A stretch of 64,000 nucleotides of DNA from Raillietiella orientalis (Eukaryota). The position numbers and the translations under genes are program-made. Where the stretch lies: contig JAYWIR010000035.1 of NCBI GenBank assembly GCA_036172245.1, forward strand, positions 1,922,001-1,986,000, in the 5' to 3' direction. The notes beneath the pieces were generated by a model. That model worked only from the letters and a program-made list of their open reading frames with translations. It made no database searches and was not told the origin of the DNA. Below, one piece after another: positions 40,071 to 53,070 of this stretch (position 1 is the first letter of the stretch; the number at the start of each line of letters is the position of its first letter).

Positions 40071-41409
40071 ATGGAAAATTCTGATGGTCTTGCATCAAAA
40101 AGAATGAACTTCAGAAGGTAAGAACTTGAGAAAAACTTCAACTTATTTTGGAAAGGAGCTGTAGCTTTCAAAAGGACAAAATGATGATTTCTTATATGCT
40201 GAAATATTGCACTGAGGTCCAGATGAGCAAAACTCTTTTTTGGGAAAGGATGGCACAAACTAATGTGTATTCTGGATATAGTCCTAAAACATTAAAGCAG
40301 CATTACATGCGTCAGATACACAATAAACTTCATACTTTTGGATTGTCAATCAAGGAGCTCACACTGTTGTAAGTAATTACTTATTTGAGAGAGGAGTCTG
40401 AATAGCAAACAGAAACACATTGATGGAGAAGCAGAATAACGTCAAGAAGAAACAGTCTTCTTTTCGTGATAGAATCCTAAGATGTAGTGAAAGAAACAGC
40501 TGTGAACTCCATCCATCCAAACACTTGTACTTGGTTCCTTCAGGACGAAGACCAGCTGCCTTAGGAGGACGTGGCTATAGAAGGTGGAATAGTATCTAAA
40601 TTTTGTTCTACGTTCATTATATTTTTTAGGAATGCTAGATTCTATACACTGAGTGAGGACTATGCTATTTTACACTGGTTAAGAGACAATGATGGTTATT
40701 CTCAAGTCAAAGGTAACAGCATGTGGGAACTGATGGCCGAGCAGTTGTCCAATGGTTAGTAAAGTGTCATTGACTCGATATTGCTAGGTTCATATTTTAG
40801 GTCGCACTGCAGAAAGCTTGAAGAATCATTTTAAGCATCAAATAGCCCCCAATCTAGCATCATATCGTTTGAATAAAACTGACTGGGAGCGCATTCAAGC
40901 TGCATGCCCGAAGTGGATGAAAGACAAGTGTTTTGATAGTGAGCAGTTATTATCAGCTGCACATCCAGATCCTGTGACTGAAACTGAGCATAACCACATG
41001 TCTGCTTCCTCACTTATGAATACAGTTGAAAATACTGTTGGCAACAATGATAAGCCTCCAAGGTATGTTTTGTGTAAGCTGAAAAGGTGTTTACCCTAGA
41101 ATCAGGAAACCAGGCTTCAAAATGTTATACAGGATTCAAAAAGAAGTACTATTGCTTGGTGACAGGCAGGAAAAACACAGTAATACAACTCTTGATGCTG
41201 CCTTCTGCCCAAGCAATGAAAAGCAATCCTTTCTGAATAATGCACATAACAGGCTAACCACCGAAGACTTTATCTACGAAAAACATAATTGCCTATCACT
41301 TCATGTAGTCAGTTCACCACAAATGCTTCCTGAAAACTCCGGAAAAAAAGCTCATCCGAATAAAATTTCCCCAGAAACTGACAGTTCATCCAGCTGGTAT
41401 TCTGTATGA
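40071..41409 (+). CDS. RAP1/TERF2IP-like protein with two Myb-like domains
   Basis: Exons 40071-40117, 40156-40368, 40413-40583, 40630-40754, 40801-41062 and 41100-41409 splice in frame. RFYTLSEDYAILHWLRDNDGYSQVKGNSMWELMAEQLSNGRTAESLKNHF resembles the RAP1 Myb domain (FTDADDVAILTYV...VTGNALWKAM...SWQSLKDRY). A second related domain lies in exon 2. Confidence 0.75.
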
Positions 41410-42099
41410 ATGTAATCCTAATTCAGGAATACGGCTAGTTCTCTTACGACATGAAATTTTGGTCATTCAGTAAAGGAATCGAAGATATAGAAGTGTGAAC
41501 ACTAGCAAACATGGTTGTTACTATGCTTCAGTGTTCGTATTAAAATTTTGTGGATACAAAGAGGCAATATCTATGGAACCTTTCTTTGTTGAAATTCTGT
41601 ATTTCCCAAGTATTCACACAGTTTTGGAGGGTATTTATTATTTGTGGGTATTTTTATATGATGACTGGCGAAGTTTATATGAACTTTGCCCATGGTGTAA
41701 CATAATTCAAACATTTGAAAGACTGCCATAAAGCCAGTGGAACCAATTGTTACTATTTTTCATTTTAAAATTTATACATAAATACTTGCATATCCATTGG
41801 TTAAAACAAAAATGTATCAATACAATTATCATTAATAAATGTTTATTACTGGCAATTTACCTTCAATGAAAGCTATACGCAATTTCCTTTACCCACACGT
41901 AATTTTTCAAGTGCTCTTTCCATTGCTATACAATCATGCGAACTGCAAAGACAAAAACATACTATGGCTTTTGTTTGATTAAAGCTGTTCTTTTTCCCCG
42001 GAGTTTTCCTGTGAGTCTGTTAAGTCTTGTCCTCAGATCCGTTTTCAAAACGTTATCACATGGCTCACTACCGGAGTACAGGGAGCCGCCCGTGCTCAT

Positions 42100-42480
42100 T
42101 GAAACAAGGATTTGAATGGGACTCAAGACTCATTTGGTTTGCAATCAAACTTTTCGTGCTCTTCATAAATTACTATTCTTCATTGATTTCGTATTTCATT
42201 GCTTATCTCCCGTTAAGATTTGTGTTTCTGAGTCTTGGATCAAACCCACACATCCCGCCACCCTTTGCTTGTGTGATGATCCGTCACTTATGAAATCATG
42301 AAACAGAAAACTACGAACTTCTCCATGAAAGCTGCATCTTCGCTCTTGCGGGTTTTCAAAGTTTCAAAACAGCCAAAGGTTTTCGCAAATTTCCAGACTT
42401 CTCAGGATTTTTCGAAGCAAAATTCTCCCAAACTACTACTGTGAAGCTCTCTAGTGGTTACAATCGTACGATCTGCGGGA
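42100..42480 (-). pseudogene. Possible PB1-like N-terminal EVE fragment
   Basis: SRRSYDC, EVWKFAKTFGC and ILTGDKQ occur in PB1 order (GRQTYD...ITGDNTKW) but with contracted spacing. Confidence 0.25.
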
Positions 42481-43399
42481 ATACTCGGAAATCAACGCAT
42501 GCTGTCTTGGCAATACTGCAATCGGTTTTAAGAGAGATCATTTAACCAATTTTCGTATTTAGCACGAGTAGGATTTTGTATTTGTGAATACCCAGCAACT
42601 AGCTGCAGTAGATGTGGATTCGGTATCCATCAGTCTTAATGATCTCATTATTCATTTCTGCACGATCAGATCAATGGGGAGGGTAATTCTACTAGCGTTT
42701 TTAGTGTGTTTACAAATCAGTGGCTGTATCGCAATAATGCTGAATTTTATTTTTCAAATTCCGAGTGATTTCTGCGGACATTGGATTTCTAAAATGCACT
42801 TTGCTTCTCCATTCTTAAACGAAAAGGCTGGAACTGGTCACCACACTACTTTCACAATGAGGTATTTCGTAATACTGAGCTATGGACTCCGGAATGGGAG
42901 GCGAGATGGGGCTCCATAATGATGTCACTGAAGACATGAACAAAGACTTTTAAAAAGAGTTTTCATGTATCCTACATTGATTTATATGAAAATATTTTTC
43001 CCCCTAGTGACCATTTTCAAAGGTTTACAACCCTGCTGCAACAAAAATAAAATGCTAAAGATAATAAGAAATCGCAATGCATTTTTTTTTCCTTCCAAAG
43101 GATGGAATCTAGTAGCATCCAAAATCGGTGTCCGTGCATATCTCCATTTCCTTAATTTACGATAAAAACAATCAAATCTCAAGTGAACTGTGAATTATCT
43201 GAATGTATGAGTGGATTCCTAAAGAACGAAATTCACGGCAACAAGTAACTAGTGGTAATAATATGTTTCTCATTCCACGTCTGTATTTCTCACTGAGATA
43301 GAAGTCGCAGCTAAGAAGCAGAGCTCATTTGAGTGATACTGTGGGAACCCAAATCTGGTAAATTCTTTTTGTTCTATACACACTTCTGTAGCGAAAGTT

Positions 43400-44230
43400 G
43401 AGAAAAAGAATGCGCGTAGTATTCGGGTAGACAGACATCCATGAGAATGCTTTTTGTTCCATAGAACGAAATGCAAAAGGAATCCAGAGTCTGGAAGCAT
43501 CACTGCACGGGATTTCTTCCGAGCACGGCTACTACAGTTCAATGGAAAGGAAATTCTTTGAAACAAAAATCGTTTGTCTTGTGATGCCTCAGATACGATC
43601 GTAGCATTACAAAATGGTATTCCTTTTTCAGTGAGATCGGAAAATGGAAAATGTGACCCATAATGACCAGCAGCAAGGAAAGGTTACAAACAATAACGGA
43701 TATTGCCAGTTGGCAGCGTTCCCCCCCCCCCCCCCCCTCTCATTTCAGCGTGATGTGTGTGTGTTCTTTTAAATCATTAATTTTTTCCTTTCGGTCCACG
43801 AGCACAAGCTAAAAAGCATTCTGCCCTTCACGATCGGTTTGCTTAGTTTCGTTTTAGAAGGAATAATGACTCGGATTTATTCTACCTTACACCATCTTGT
43901 GGTGACAATTTCGTGTAATTTATGAGTTTAGAGCGGCAAACTTAGATGGTTTTAAGTAAATGAATTCAAATTCATGGAGTATTTAGAGACAAGTTCAATA
44001 AGAAGAATATCTGTAACCGAGCAGATTCGAAAACGAGTTATTTCTACTGCAATTTATTTCAGGACTTGATACAGTCTTCGGGTTGAAAACTTTGTTTCTT
44101 GCTATTAGGTGCTAAAATAAAAGCATGGGAACCAGAGTTCTATGCCAATGAGACTCGTATGAAAAATTGAAAGAGGACCTACGCGGCGAATTGACGAAGT
44201 TTGATGGGGATTCACTTTTCATGAAATCTA
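43400..44230 (+). pseudogene. Possible rhabdovirus-like glycoprotein EVE fragment
   Basis: NPESGSITARDF (~43481) and VLCQ*DSYEKLKEDLRGELTKFD (44137) resemble vesiculovirus G VDEYTGEWVDSQF and LCQETWSKI..PISPVD. Confidence 0.3.
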
Positions 44231-45749
44231 GACATTCTACTTCTCGAGGATCAAATCTTGACATAAGATTTCTGGGAGTACCATGACTGCACGACACTTT
44301 GAAAATGTCAAGCTTGTGAAACCGCCTTGCAAGTAAGGTAAATCATCACATCATCAGTCAGCACAGGCTTCAAGGTAAGAGTAAGACGCAGTGTTAGTCA
44401 TTTCTGAAAAGGATTGATTCTAAAAAGATAGATTTTTTTTTTCAGAAATGAGATTTACTTAACTATTTATGCTGCAAAATGGTATGGAAAGTTGCAACAG
44501 GATAATCGAGAGTAAACGGACAAATATCGAAAGCAAAATTCCAAGAGACAGTCATGCAACTCACTAATACTGAATTCTTCACGGGACTGTTTCATCACGT
44601 CCTCTTCAGACGCTCAGGTGAGCAGAACTTGTTCTGAGAAAATCAGGGAACAGCTGCACCTCCTCCTACGTAAGGATCTATTGCAGCCGTTTCTCCTGCT
44701 GGCAGAATAGAGGACGCTGGCGCATTTATAGTCTATTTCTCTGCTCCGAATTTCAAGGACTCATTTCCGGGACACCAAACTGGAATAGAATCTCAAAATT
44801 CCGGGAAGTGGAACAGGAGTGGAACAAAGGGAAAGCTTTTACGATTTCATTCAGCCCCCTTGGCCAACGTTTTTCGAGGTTTGTGTTACTGAGAATCATA
44901 GTAAAGATGATTCAGCTGTAACGCCTCAGGCATGGGATTAGGCGAAACGGAACTCGCAATCGATGCTTCAATCGCCAAACGATGAAACGGAGCAAGAACT
45001 CCAGACCACATCTCCGGTGAGAGCTGGTGAGCTCCCATAAAAACAAATTTCCGTGGATTTCAGTTGGTCTGAGTGATAATGAGAGTCGGTCTTCAAGTTT
45101 CGAGGGTGCAGTTCAGATCAGCAAGAATGTCTGATGGCCCTGATGGCTTCTTTGAATGACTGCTCTTCAAACAAGAAGTACGAAGCTGTAGGAAGGTTCT
45201 CTACTCTCTTCTGCAACGATGCTCGATCCGACACGAGCATATAAGCTTAGTAGCTGAATTTCTTAGATGGGAAATGACGTTTCCGATGGAGATTCTTCAG
45301 CTTCTCATCTTGAGAATTTGTTTATGAGAACGATTATCCTTATCACAGTTTCCCGATTGCACTATCGGTTTACGAGTACTTCTCTTGCCTCCCTGCTTGC
45401 AAATTCTTTTCCGAGTAGACTCAGAAGCGTCACCACAAGTGTACGTATCTTTCTTCTGGACAACACAAACATGCTGGTTTTAGCATATCCTATATGCACT
45501 GAGACAAGCCGTGGCTAAGACAGTCGCACCTGTGATGGGAATGCGATATGAGAATGAGACATTGGAATGAAGAAAAAAGGCAATCACCTTCTCTGTTTCC
45601 TTTTTCTAGAAGTTTCTGTATGGTAGACAAGAAGATAGGAAAGGGAGAAATTTATTTTCTCTTCATAGATAAACACGTGATAAATAGGTGAGTTTATGAA
45701 GGAAGATACTCAGATCACTGCATTTATTTGACAGATCCAAATGAACGTG

Positions 45750-46900
45750 AAGAGGTGGATGTTAATAGAAGATCACGGCGTTGCTGAAATCTCCGTGCAT
45801 GTGACCAGGTTGTGCAGAGTGGTCAGTAAATTTCGATGAATTTTCTATGCATTCTCGGAGGAACCAAAAGAAGAAGAAAGGCATGCAGTGGTAAGCTAAA
45901 GATTCTTGCATGTGTTATCTGAGAGAGTTTTCGAGATCTTTGAAGGAAGGGTCTTGGTCGGAATTATAAGATGGTTCCAATCAAAACGATGAAAACCCTC
46001 AAACTGTTGCATTGCAAAAGTGCAACGATCCTCATCCAGTAGTCGACGCAGATGTGTAGCACAAGGACAGGAAATTACAGGATACACAAAACTCCAAAAC
46101 AGAAGAAGGTGGATGAAAACTAACATCCAGCAGCATAAATGCACTGACAACACAGGCAGTGTTCTGAGAAAATAAAACAGAAACATAGTAAGCGGGTCAG
46201 AAGTGGAGGAGCACGCCTTAGCTCAGAAAACACGCAACAAACAGCGCTCGATGGTCCTGGCAACCTGGTTCTAGGAGACTTGTACCGTGGAAACAACGCT
46301 TCCTCTTTTCGTGGATCGACAGGAATATGCCTGTTTGTAAACAAGTAGGCAACGAATTTCGATGAGGGAAGGAGCAAAAAATTTTTCGATCTTTTCTCCT
46401 GTTGGATCTTTAAGCAACTACTGGTTTCCGAATGCCCGCAGTTTCTGGCACTCTGCGTAGATTTTCCTGCATCCATGACTGTCGTCCCATAAGACACTAA
46501 ACTTCTCCTCCGTTGTGGCGCGTCGGACAAGCCCTTTTTTAGTTTCCATAATCAAACTTTAATCTTCGCAACCTTGAAAGCACTATTCTTCCTCCATACG
46601 ATTCCATTTCCTCCCACTTCTACCAGTTGCCGGATGCCTTGCGGTATGCGAATGGAACAACTCTGAACCCCCCTTTCCGTTGCTCGTTGCACCGTGAACG
46701 CACCTTTGACGGAGTTATGGTATGGCGAAGGTGATCAGAATGGCATTTGCGAATCTGATTGCGGCTGTCCATGCTCTGCAGGTGCTCCTTCCGCTAGATA
46801 TCCCTCTTGAGAATTCGCGCTCACACTTCAGGGTGACGGAATGTCCAGAAGCGTAGTTGGTGAAGCTTTGCGAACGAACATCCTGGGACCATTTGTACAC
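45750..46900 (-). pseudogene. Degenerate Mononegavirales-like L fragment (blocks I-III)
   Basis: In order: ASGHSV, RKWNRMEEE*CFQGCED*SLIMETK (cf. VSV [27 protein letters not shown]), QRRRSLVSY, DPRKEEAL..RL (KERE-like), FDWNH (motif A-like). Confidence 0.5.
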
Positions 46901-47249
46901 AAAGACAATAATGCAGATATGCGCAAAGCAGGCCACGGCAGGGGGTCAGCATTGCCTCGATCCATGAAATGTTAAAGGTAATTCAACATATCGAAAGAGA
47001 AGTGGAAAGGATTCACTCTTAGACTCCGTTTGGTAGTGGGCTGACAGGTTAGTTCCGCAGATTTCGTTAATTATTTCTCGTTGCTTATACTGATCTTCAT
47101 CCACGAATCATGAACAAATACAAATGAAAGTAGCTCATCGCAACAGTTGAAAAACCATTTATTTTTTTCCGTTTCGCCGCAACCTTCGTTTGTTCGGGTT
47201 CTTGCAGCCTGTTGCTCTACAGAGTATCTGAAGAGCCGACCTTTTTCTC

Positions 47250-47900
47250 GAGCTGCTTCTCAGCACGTCATTGCATCCATGCACGAGAAGGAAGAGTTTG
47301 GCAAGGAAGAATAAAACGCTGAGGTCATTATTGGATGCCCGAAACGCCCATAATGAGCGTCCAGTTCTATTTCAACGGAGATAACTCGAAACGGGACCTA
47401 TTCCTTTCGTGAGGATGAATTAGCTTTGTATCGTCCTGATACAGATGTGCATGATATTGAAAACCTCCACACCGACGCTAGTGTTCCCAGATCGCTCGCC
47501 GGACCGAGAACCGCAGTGATTTCGTGGGCTGCGGTCCGAATCCTCGAATTTCTCGGCTCCGATTACACTAGTCAGCCCACGCGATCCGCGACCGCTGCCT
47601 GGGAGAGGAAGCCGTTGCCATCACGAAGCGGACAGCGTGATGTTGGAACGAGAGACGATTACAGGCAGGTGCTTGTCGGAAGTGGCAGCTGCCTTGATGG
47701 GAATGATCTCCGAAATCTGGAAACACGAAATTCACCTTCCGTCCTGTCCCACTATCATGCGAGCGAACTCTCATCTGCACTTGCTTTTAGCTGCGAGGAG
47801 TCCGATGCGCATGCACAGGCGGAGGCTTCGCCCGATTGTGATCGTGAGCGTAGAAGCGGCGCGTCCTTCATCGAAGAAGGATGTCTTGCTTTGCGTGGCT
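47250..47900 (+). pseudogene. Degenerate orthomyxovirus-like PB1 catalytic core EVE
   Basis: FNGDNSK (47371; motif A), LMGMI (47694; motif B), EESDA (47795; decayed SDD motif C), SSKK (47868; motif D). A-to-B is about 106 codons and B-to-C about 35 codons, as in influenza PB1. Frameshifts separate the motifs. Confidence 0.6.
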
Positions 47901-50551
47901 AGTTGTACTTTCCGGATCAGTATTCAGAAATTTTAGGTCTCAGAAGTTCATGTGTGAGGCGCACCTGTTGTCCGGAAGACTTCAAACTGAGGGTTTGGGA
48001 TGTCTGATTTAAACCTTGGGGTACGATACACACCTAAGGCATGGCAGCATGGCCCCTGCTTGTCCCTCTGCATTCACCCCTCGTTCTGCTTTCCCCCTTA
48101 GAGAACACTTAGCAGGCCAGAAGGGCAATTACACAGTGTCATGCTCCATGACAAGCGTCGCCGCGTCTTTCCATACGAATGGCTGTAACCTTAGATTCGC
48201 GTGCACGGGGAGGGTGGCAATAGCCCGTAAGAGCAAGCCATTGGCGAGATTTAGGTCGTATTCTCTTTTCCGAGGAGACCGTTTGGTCTCATCGGAGAAG
48301 GTCTCCTCCATGGTCTCGTACGGTCTCCTCGGTTGAGAAGCAGCATCGACGCCCGAGAGGGTCCTATGGAAGCTGTCTCTCCTTTCCAAGAAACCAGGGT
48401 GGCGATGGCGAGCCGAAGTGGATATGGATTCATTCTTGTTCTGCAGCCACATAGGTGACCAAGAGAACAGCAGTCGCTCGAGAACTCCTCGATTGGTCGA
48501 CAATACGCAAAGGGTTCTTAGAGAAAGGTATGCTTTCACCGAAAGAAGCGTACCCACGGCAAGGTGACCTGCCTCCAAACCATGAGGAGGTTTCAGTTTT
48601 GAATCTGTTCTCCTGGAAGGAAGATGTGTCCTCGTGCGTCCAGAGAGATGTGGAGAAAGAAAATTCCCGTGACTGAAAACGCAGACGTCGTCTATTGGAG
48701 ACAGCGCGTACGATCAAAACTTCTGACTTCTCTCCGCTGCGCTGAAAATCACTGCTGTCCAAGTCTTCTTCAAGCAAGGCGTTTGGCTTGCACGGTTCAT
48801 CTACCAACTGGTGCAATGACTGCCTGAAACCAATATCATCCAACTCGAAATATCAAGGATGCTGATCAGGATCCCGAAAGCCATCAGGATACCAATGGCC
48901 ACTTCCTTTAAGTTGATTTCCCTGAGCAATTTTAGGGATTTAGGGACTTTACGGCATTCGGTTGGATTGGTGCTGATTGCATTTGTGTACCCCCTCATTC
49001 GTGGGCTAGACGAAGAAGATGCTGAGCCCAATTCCTCATCACAGTGCAATAGGAGTGTGCATCAGATACTGTCAAGGAATATTGGCGGGAACATGGGTTT
49101 CTGAGAGATTTTGTTCTCCCTCACGGCATCGCTCAAGGACTTCAGGGATTCATTCCCTGTAGCCGGAAGGGTTCTTCGAAGCGGAGGGGCTCCTTGCTTT
49201 CAGCTTTTGAAGATCCAGAGAAGAGGGAAAAATCGGGAAAGGCAATTATTGGATTTCTGGGAGCTTCGCTTCCCGCAGGTGACACCGCGAGGAGCAAAGC
49301 CCAAGAAGTGGATGTTGAGATCAGGAGGAGTTTCTCACGACATTCATGGAAGCTCGTGATTGGGAAGAACGCGTGGGCGGAATTTTCATGCGCTTGATCA
49401 ACCCTGGTTTGCGAGTCCACCCCGAAAGATCAAAGCAAGCACCAAAAGGTTCTTGCCTGGTTCCTCCATATGAGGAGAAACCCAAAGCAGTCCTGGGAGT
49501 TCCACCGCCGCAGTGGCAGCGGTTCCCTGCGTCCTCCAAGCTTTGGTCCTTTCGAGAACATCGCTGGAACTCCAGCATCGCCTTGCCCCTCTTGCAGAGA
49601 GCAGTTCGTTGGATAGCGTTGGACCATCGGACACGGAAGGACCATCCTCCATCACCTCAGAACCAGAATTTCCGTCCTAGTCGGGCTCCTCCATCCACCC
49701 TCTTACTCTCTCCCCCCCAGTGTGTGTGTGCAAATAAAGTACTTATTTGCACACACAACCTTTCACTCTTTGCCCTTCCGGACCTGCGCCCTAAAGGGTG
49801 TGGTGATTCCTCGTACGGAACCTCCCTGCTCCCAGACTTTCAAATCCTCTTATGAATCAAGTTTTGTGAATCAACATTCCGGCGTCACTGGAAACCAAGC
49901 AGTCCAAGAAGTGGAGAAATGGAGCACCTTTTCGAGGAGGAGCTCACCTGCGCAAGCTCTTGCGTGAGTTCCCCGTTATGCGCACGCAGTGGCACCGATG
50001 CCATGGGTTCTGCTACACGGTAGCGGATCACTTCTTGCAGAGAAGCGGCAACCAAAAGCACGCAGATGGTGTGCTTGCCGTCTCGGGTCCAGAGCATGGA
50101 GCGATACATGCGGAAAACACTGCTTCGTGTGGTCCAGAGGATTCAGACGTTCGCTTGATGTTTCTGGAAATTTTAATTAGCAAAACCGGCAAGTCGGGTG
50201 GGCTACCGGTGACCATGGCAGGCGACGAAGAAATCTCGCTTCATCTAAGGGAGCTGCCGACTTATCAGAGTAAAGTGGAGCAAAAGATATTCTCATCTCT
50301 GATTTGGGCTCCCAGTAGGCGCAGAAGGAGCATCCCGTGCTGTGTTTCTGCTTCTGAAAATTCCCCGCCTTCTCCCTGGAAAGGCAAGCATTTCCTAGCA
50401 GACCATCCATCGACTTGCCACTCCCTGCCATGGTTCGATAGGTGAATTCATTTCGTGGACTTTTTGTCTCTGATGCGGTTTCCCGTGACTGGAACGAAAG
50501 GTCAGTTTCTTAGATGGTGCCTGTCACGTGATCTCTCCTCTTTCATAGTAA

Positions 50552-51115
50552 GTTCGAACCCGGTTACTCCAGGAGTTTATTAAAAAAAAAATAAACTACA
50601 AGGAAGAGGGAAAGAGGAGTTCCCCCCTCCTCCCCCCCAAAAAATGCCAAAAAAAAAAAAGTTTATTCGGGATCACCACCGGCACGCAGGCCGGTTTCCA
50701 AAAAGTAGGGAACGGAGGGAGAGGAAAATGAATAATTAACAAAAGCACGGGAGGGTTGGGACAGGGATCTCCGTTGCAAGACGTTCCTTAACTTCTAGAA
50801 TCGGCTGTGGATAGTGGCGATATCCCTGGAAACTTCTTCTGGCAGATGAGGCCACTTTGCTGCTGTCCTCATGAGGGCTGTGGCTGCCATGCTGGTGGCC
50901 TCTCTTCGCCGCGAACCTGACCCCAACACATGGCGGGCTGTCACTATGACGCGAACACAACGAACTGTTGTGATCGCAGCGCTCTTCTTCAGCCTGCTTC
51001 CGGTAAAGTAGTGTCGCAGCAAGCCCAAAGTAGGGGGACCTCCAGGGGTCGATGGAGCGCCGAAGCGAGTCTCCGCCACAAGTCCTCGAGGGCTGCAGTC
51101 CAACAGGAGGTGCGG
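50552..51115 (-). mobile_element. 3' fragment of an L1/Tx1-like LINE, copy B
   Basis: Near-identical reverse-complement copy of 22522-23055, with the same 3' end aataaactcctgg..taaccgggttcgaac. Confidence 0.85.
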
Positions 51116-51700
51116 ACCTTAAACAGTTTGGGGAAGCAACACCCCTAGGAACCAGATATCTGGTGCGCTGGTTGCACCGGAATCCCGAGTGCAGACTTTC
51201 TTAGTAGGAAGTAAGGCAGCTTGGTACGCCTGGTACGTACGTTCTTCTTCTCCAGCTGTTTCTCTGTTCGCTTCCCATCCATGGCTGGAATCTTGGCTTT
51301 GCGTTTCCGACTGGGAGCTGTGAAAAGGAATTGCTTCAGAGAATACCTTTCTAATCTGGAACCATTTTTCCATGTTAGCATGGAAAAATGGTTTCCGGTC
51401 TCGATCTAGATGACAGCAATCCGACCGCAAAGAATGGACTCTTCATTGCCTGCATATGACCTGCCTTTAGTCCCAAGATTCTAGACTCTGCGATGAGTTA
51501 CGTGCCACTGCAGAGCTTCGGAACTGCTCTTCTCCATGGCCAGATGAACGAGATGTTTCTCTTGCAAATTTCATGGTCAGCATTCCACGACACTTCGTTC
51601 CTTTTGTGGTCGCTTCCTCTTGCACAGCATCCCGGAAGAGTGCTCCTAGAAAGGCGGATGAGTTTGCGCCGTTGCAGCCTTACGCCCCCCCCCCCCCCCC

Positions 51701-53070
51701 ACGTGTTCCTCTGTTGTTTAAGGCTGCACGACCCGCGATGCGCACGATTGCGTGTGTTCCGAAGGCGGGCAAGCCCAGTCCACGGGACATGGGGGTCCGT
51801 AGAATGGAGGGACAGCCACAAACCGGTGATTTTTTGTTCCATCAGCATCCTTAGCGTGGAGTGGTAGCGCTGCTGCGACGGCACTATGCCCCTCCTCCCC
51901 ATCGGACGAGTCTTTAAAGAAAGGTGCCATTTTGCCAGCAGAGTCCCACAGCAGAGGAATCTGAGGAGTCAGCTTTGTCGAAAGTAAAGGCCGGTAATCC
52001 ATTTGCGCTAGCCAACCGGGGGTTTCATGAACGTTGCTAAGGTGGGAGGAGGAAGCGCTAGGACCAATGCATGCCCTCACCCTAGGCGGCGAATCATCAT
52101 CTCGAGCAGACTTTGCCGAACCTTTGATACAGCAGTGGCAGAGGCGAGACCGACGAAAGTGGCTCTGGGTAGACTCTACCGCAAAGATCATGTGTTATCT
52201 CCACGCCGGTCCACGCTTTCCTATATGTCGCAGCAGTCAGACGAAATCAGCTTCGCTGACAACCAGACAACAGCCAATGCCTGAGGGACTCCTCCGGTGG
52301 AGTGAACTTCTCAAGGTGGCCCCCGAAGGACTTAGGCTCCCTCCCTTGTGTTTGAACACCTCCGTATTCCCCTTGAGCTGGAGACAGGAAGCGCTGCTGT
52401 TTCTGCACTGGGGATTCCAGTGCAATCAGTTCCAGTGCAATCGCACCCTTGTTTCCGACATGTGCCTTTTGGAATGCGGAACCCTCCGAGAACTGTGGCA
52501 GACTTTGTCTTTAGCGCTCCTGCACCCGGAGGACACCGCCTGCGACCTGCTGCTGCGATTCTTCGTGCCCGACGGACTCTCGACCGGTGCAGTGGTCGCA
52601 ACGACGTGTTGCATTCGCGCCATCGTCACAGCCCGCCATGTGCCGGGAACTCAGGAGCAGCGAAGGGAGGTCACCGTGATGGCAGCCACCTAAGGACGGC
52701 TGCAAGGTGGTTCCCTAAAAGAAGTGAAGACGGAGATCGCCAGCATACAGCGCCGCCCCTGAAAAGAAGGAACGGCCGACACCTCTAACCCTTATCCTCA
52801 CCCTCCATTTATTTATTAATTTATTTTTATCCCTTCTCATTCGCTCCGAGACCTTTCCCGTTTTTTTTTCTTTCTCAAGGAGCAAACCAAAGACTCTTGC
52901 CTCACCCACCCATATTTATTTGTTGTCCCTTCCCTCCTGTTCCGGGATTATAGAGATCCTGACCTGCGTCTCAGTGGACCTTTCCCCTCAGCTTCTTTTT
53001 TCTCCGGTTGGGAACTGAGTTTCCGACTGGTTTATTTTTATTAAATGAACGCCCCGGCGTGACTGGGTGA
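51701..53070 (+). mobile_element. Diverged 3' portion of a related L1/Tx1-like LINE
   Basis: PEGLLRWSELL matches PKGLLRWGELL of the 19.6 kb element. IRAIVTARHV matches copies A and B. Ends in gccccggcgtgactgggt. Confidence 0.75.

Noticed and set aside
48430..50450. Possible L methyltransferase remnant and long ORFs (169 and 161 aa)
   Set aside because: Only isolated weak motifs (GLHGSST, EDAE) were found, so it is left unassigned.
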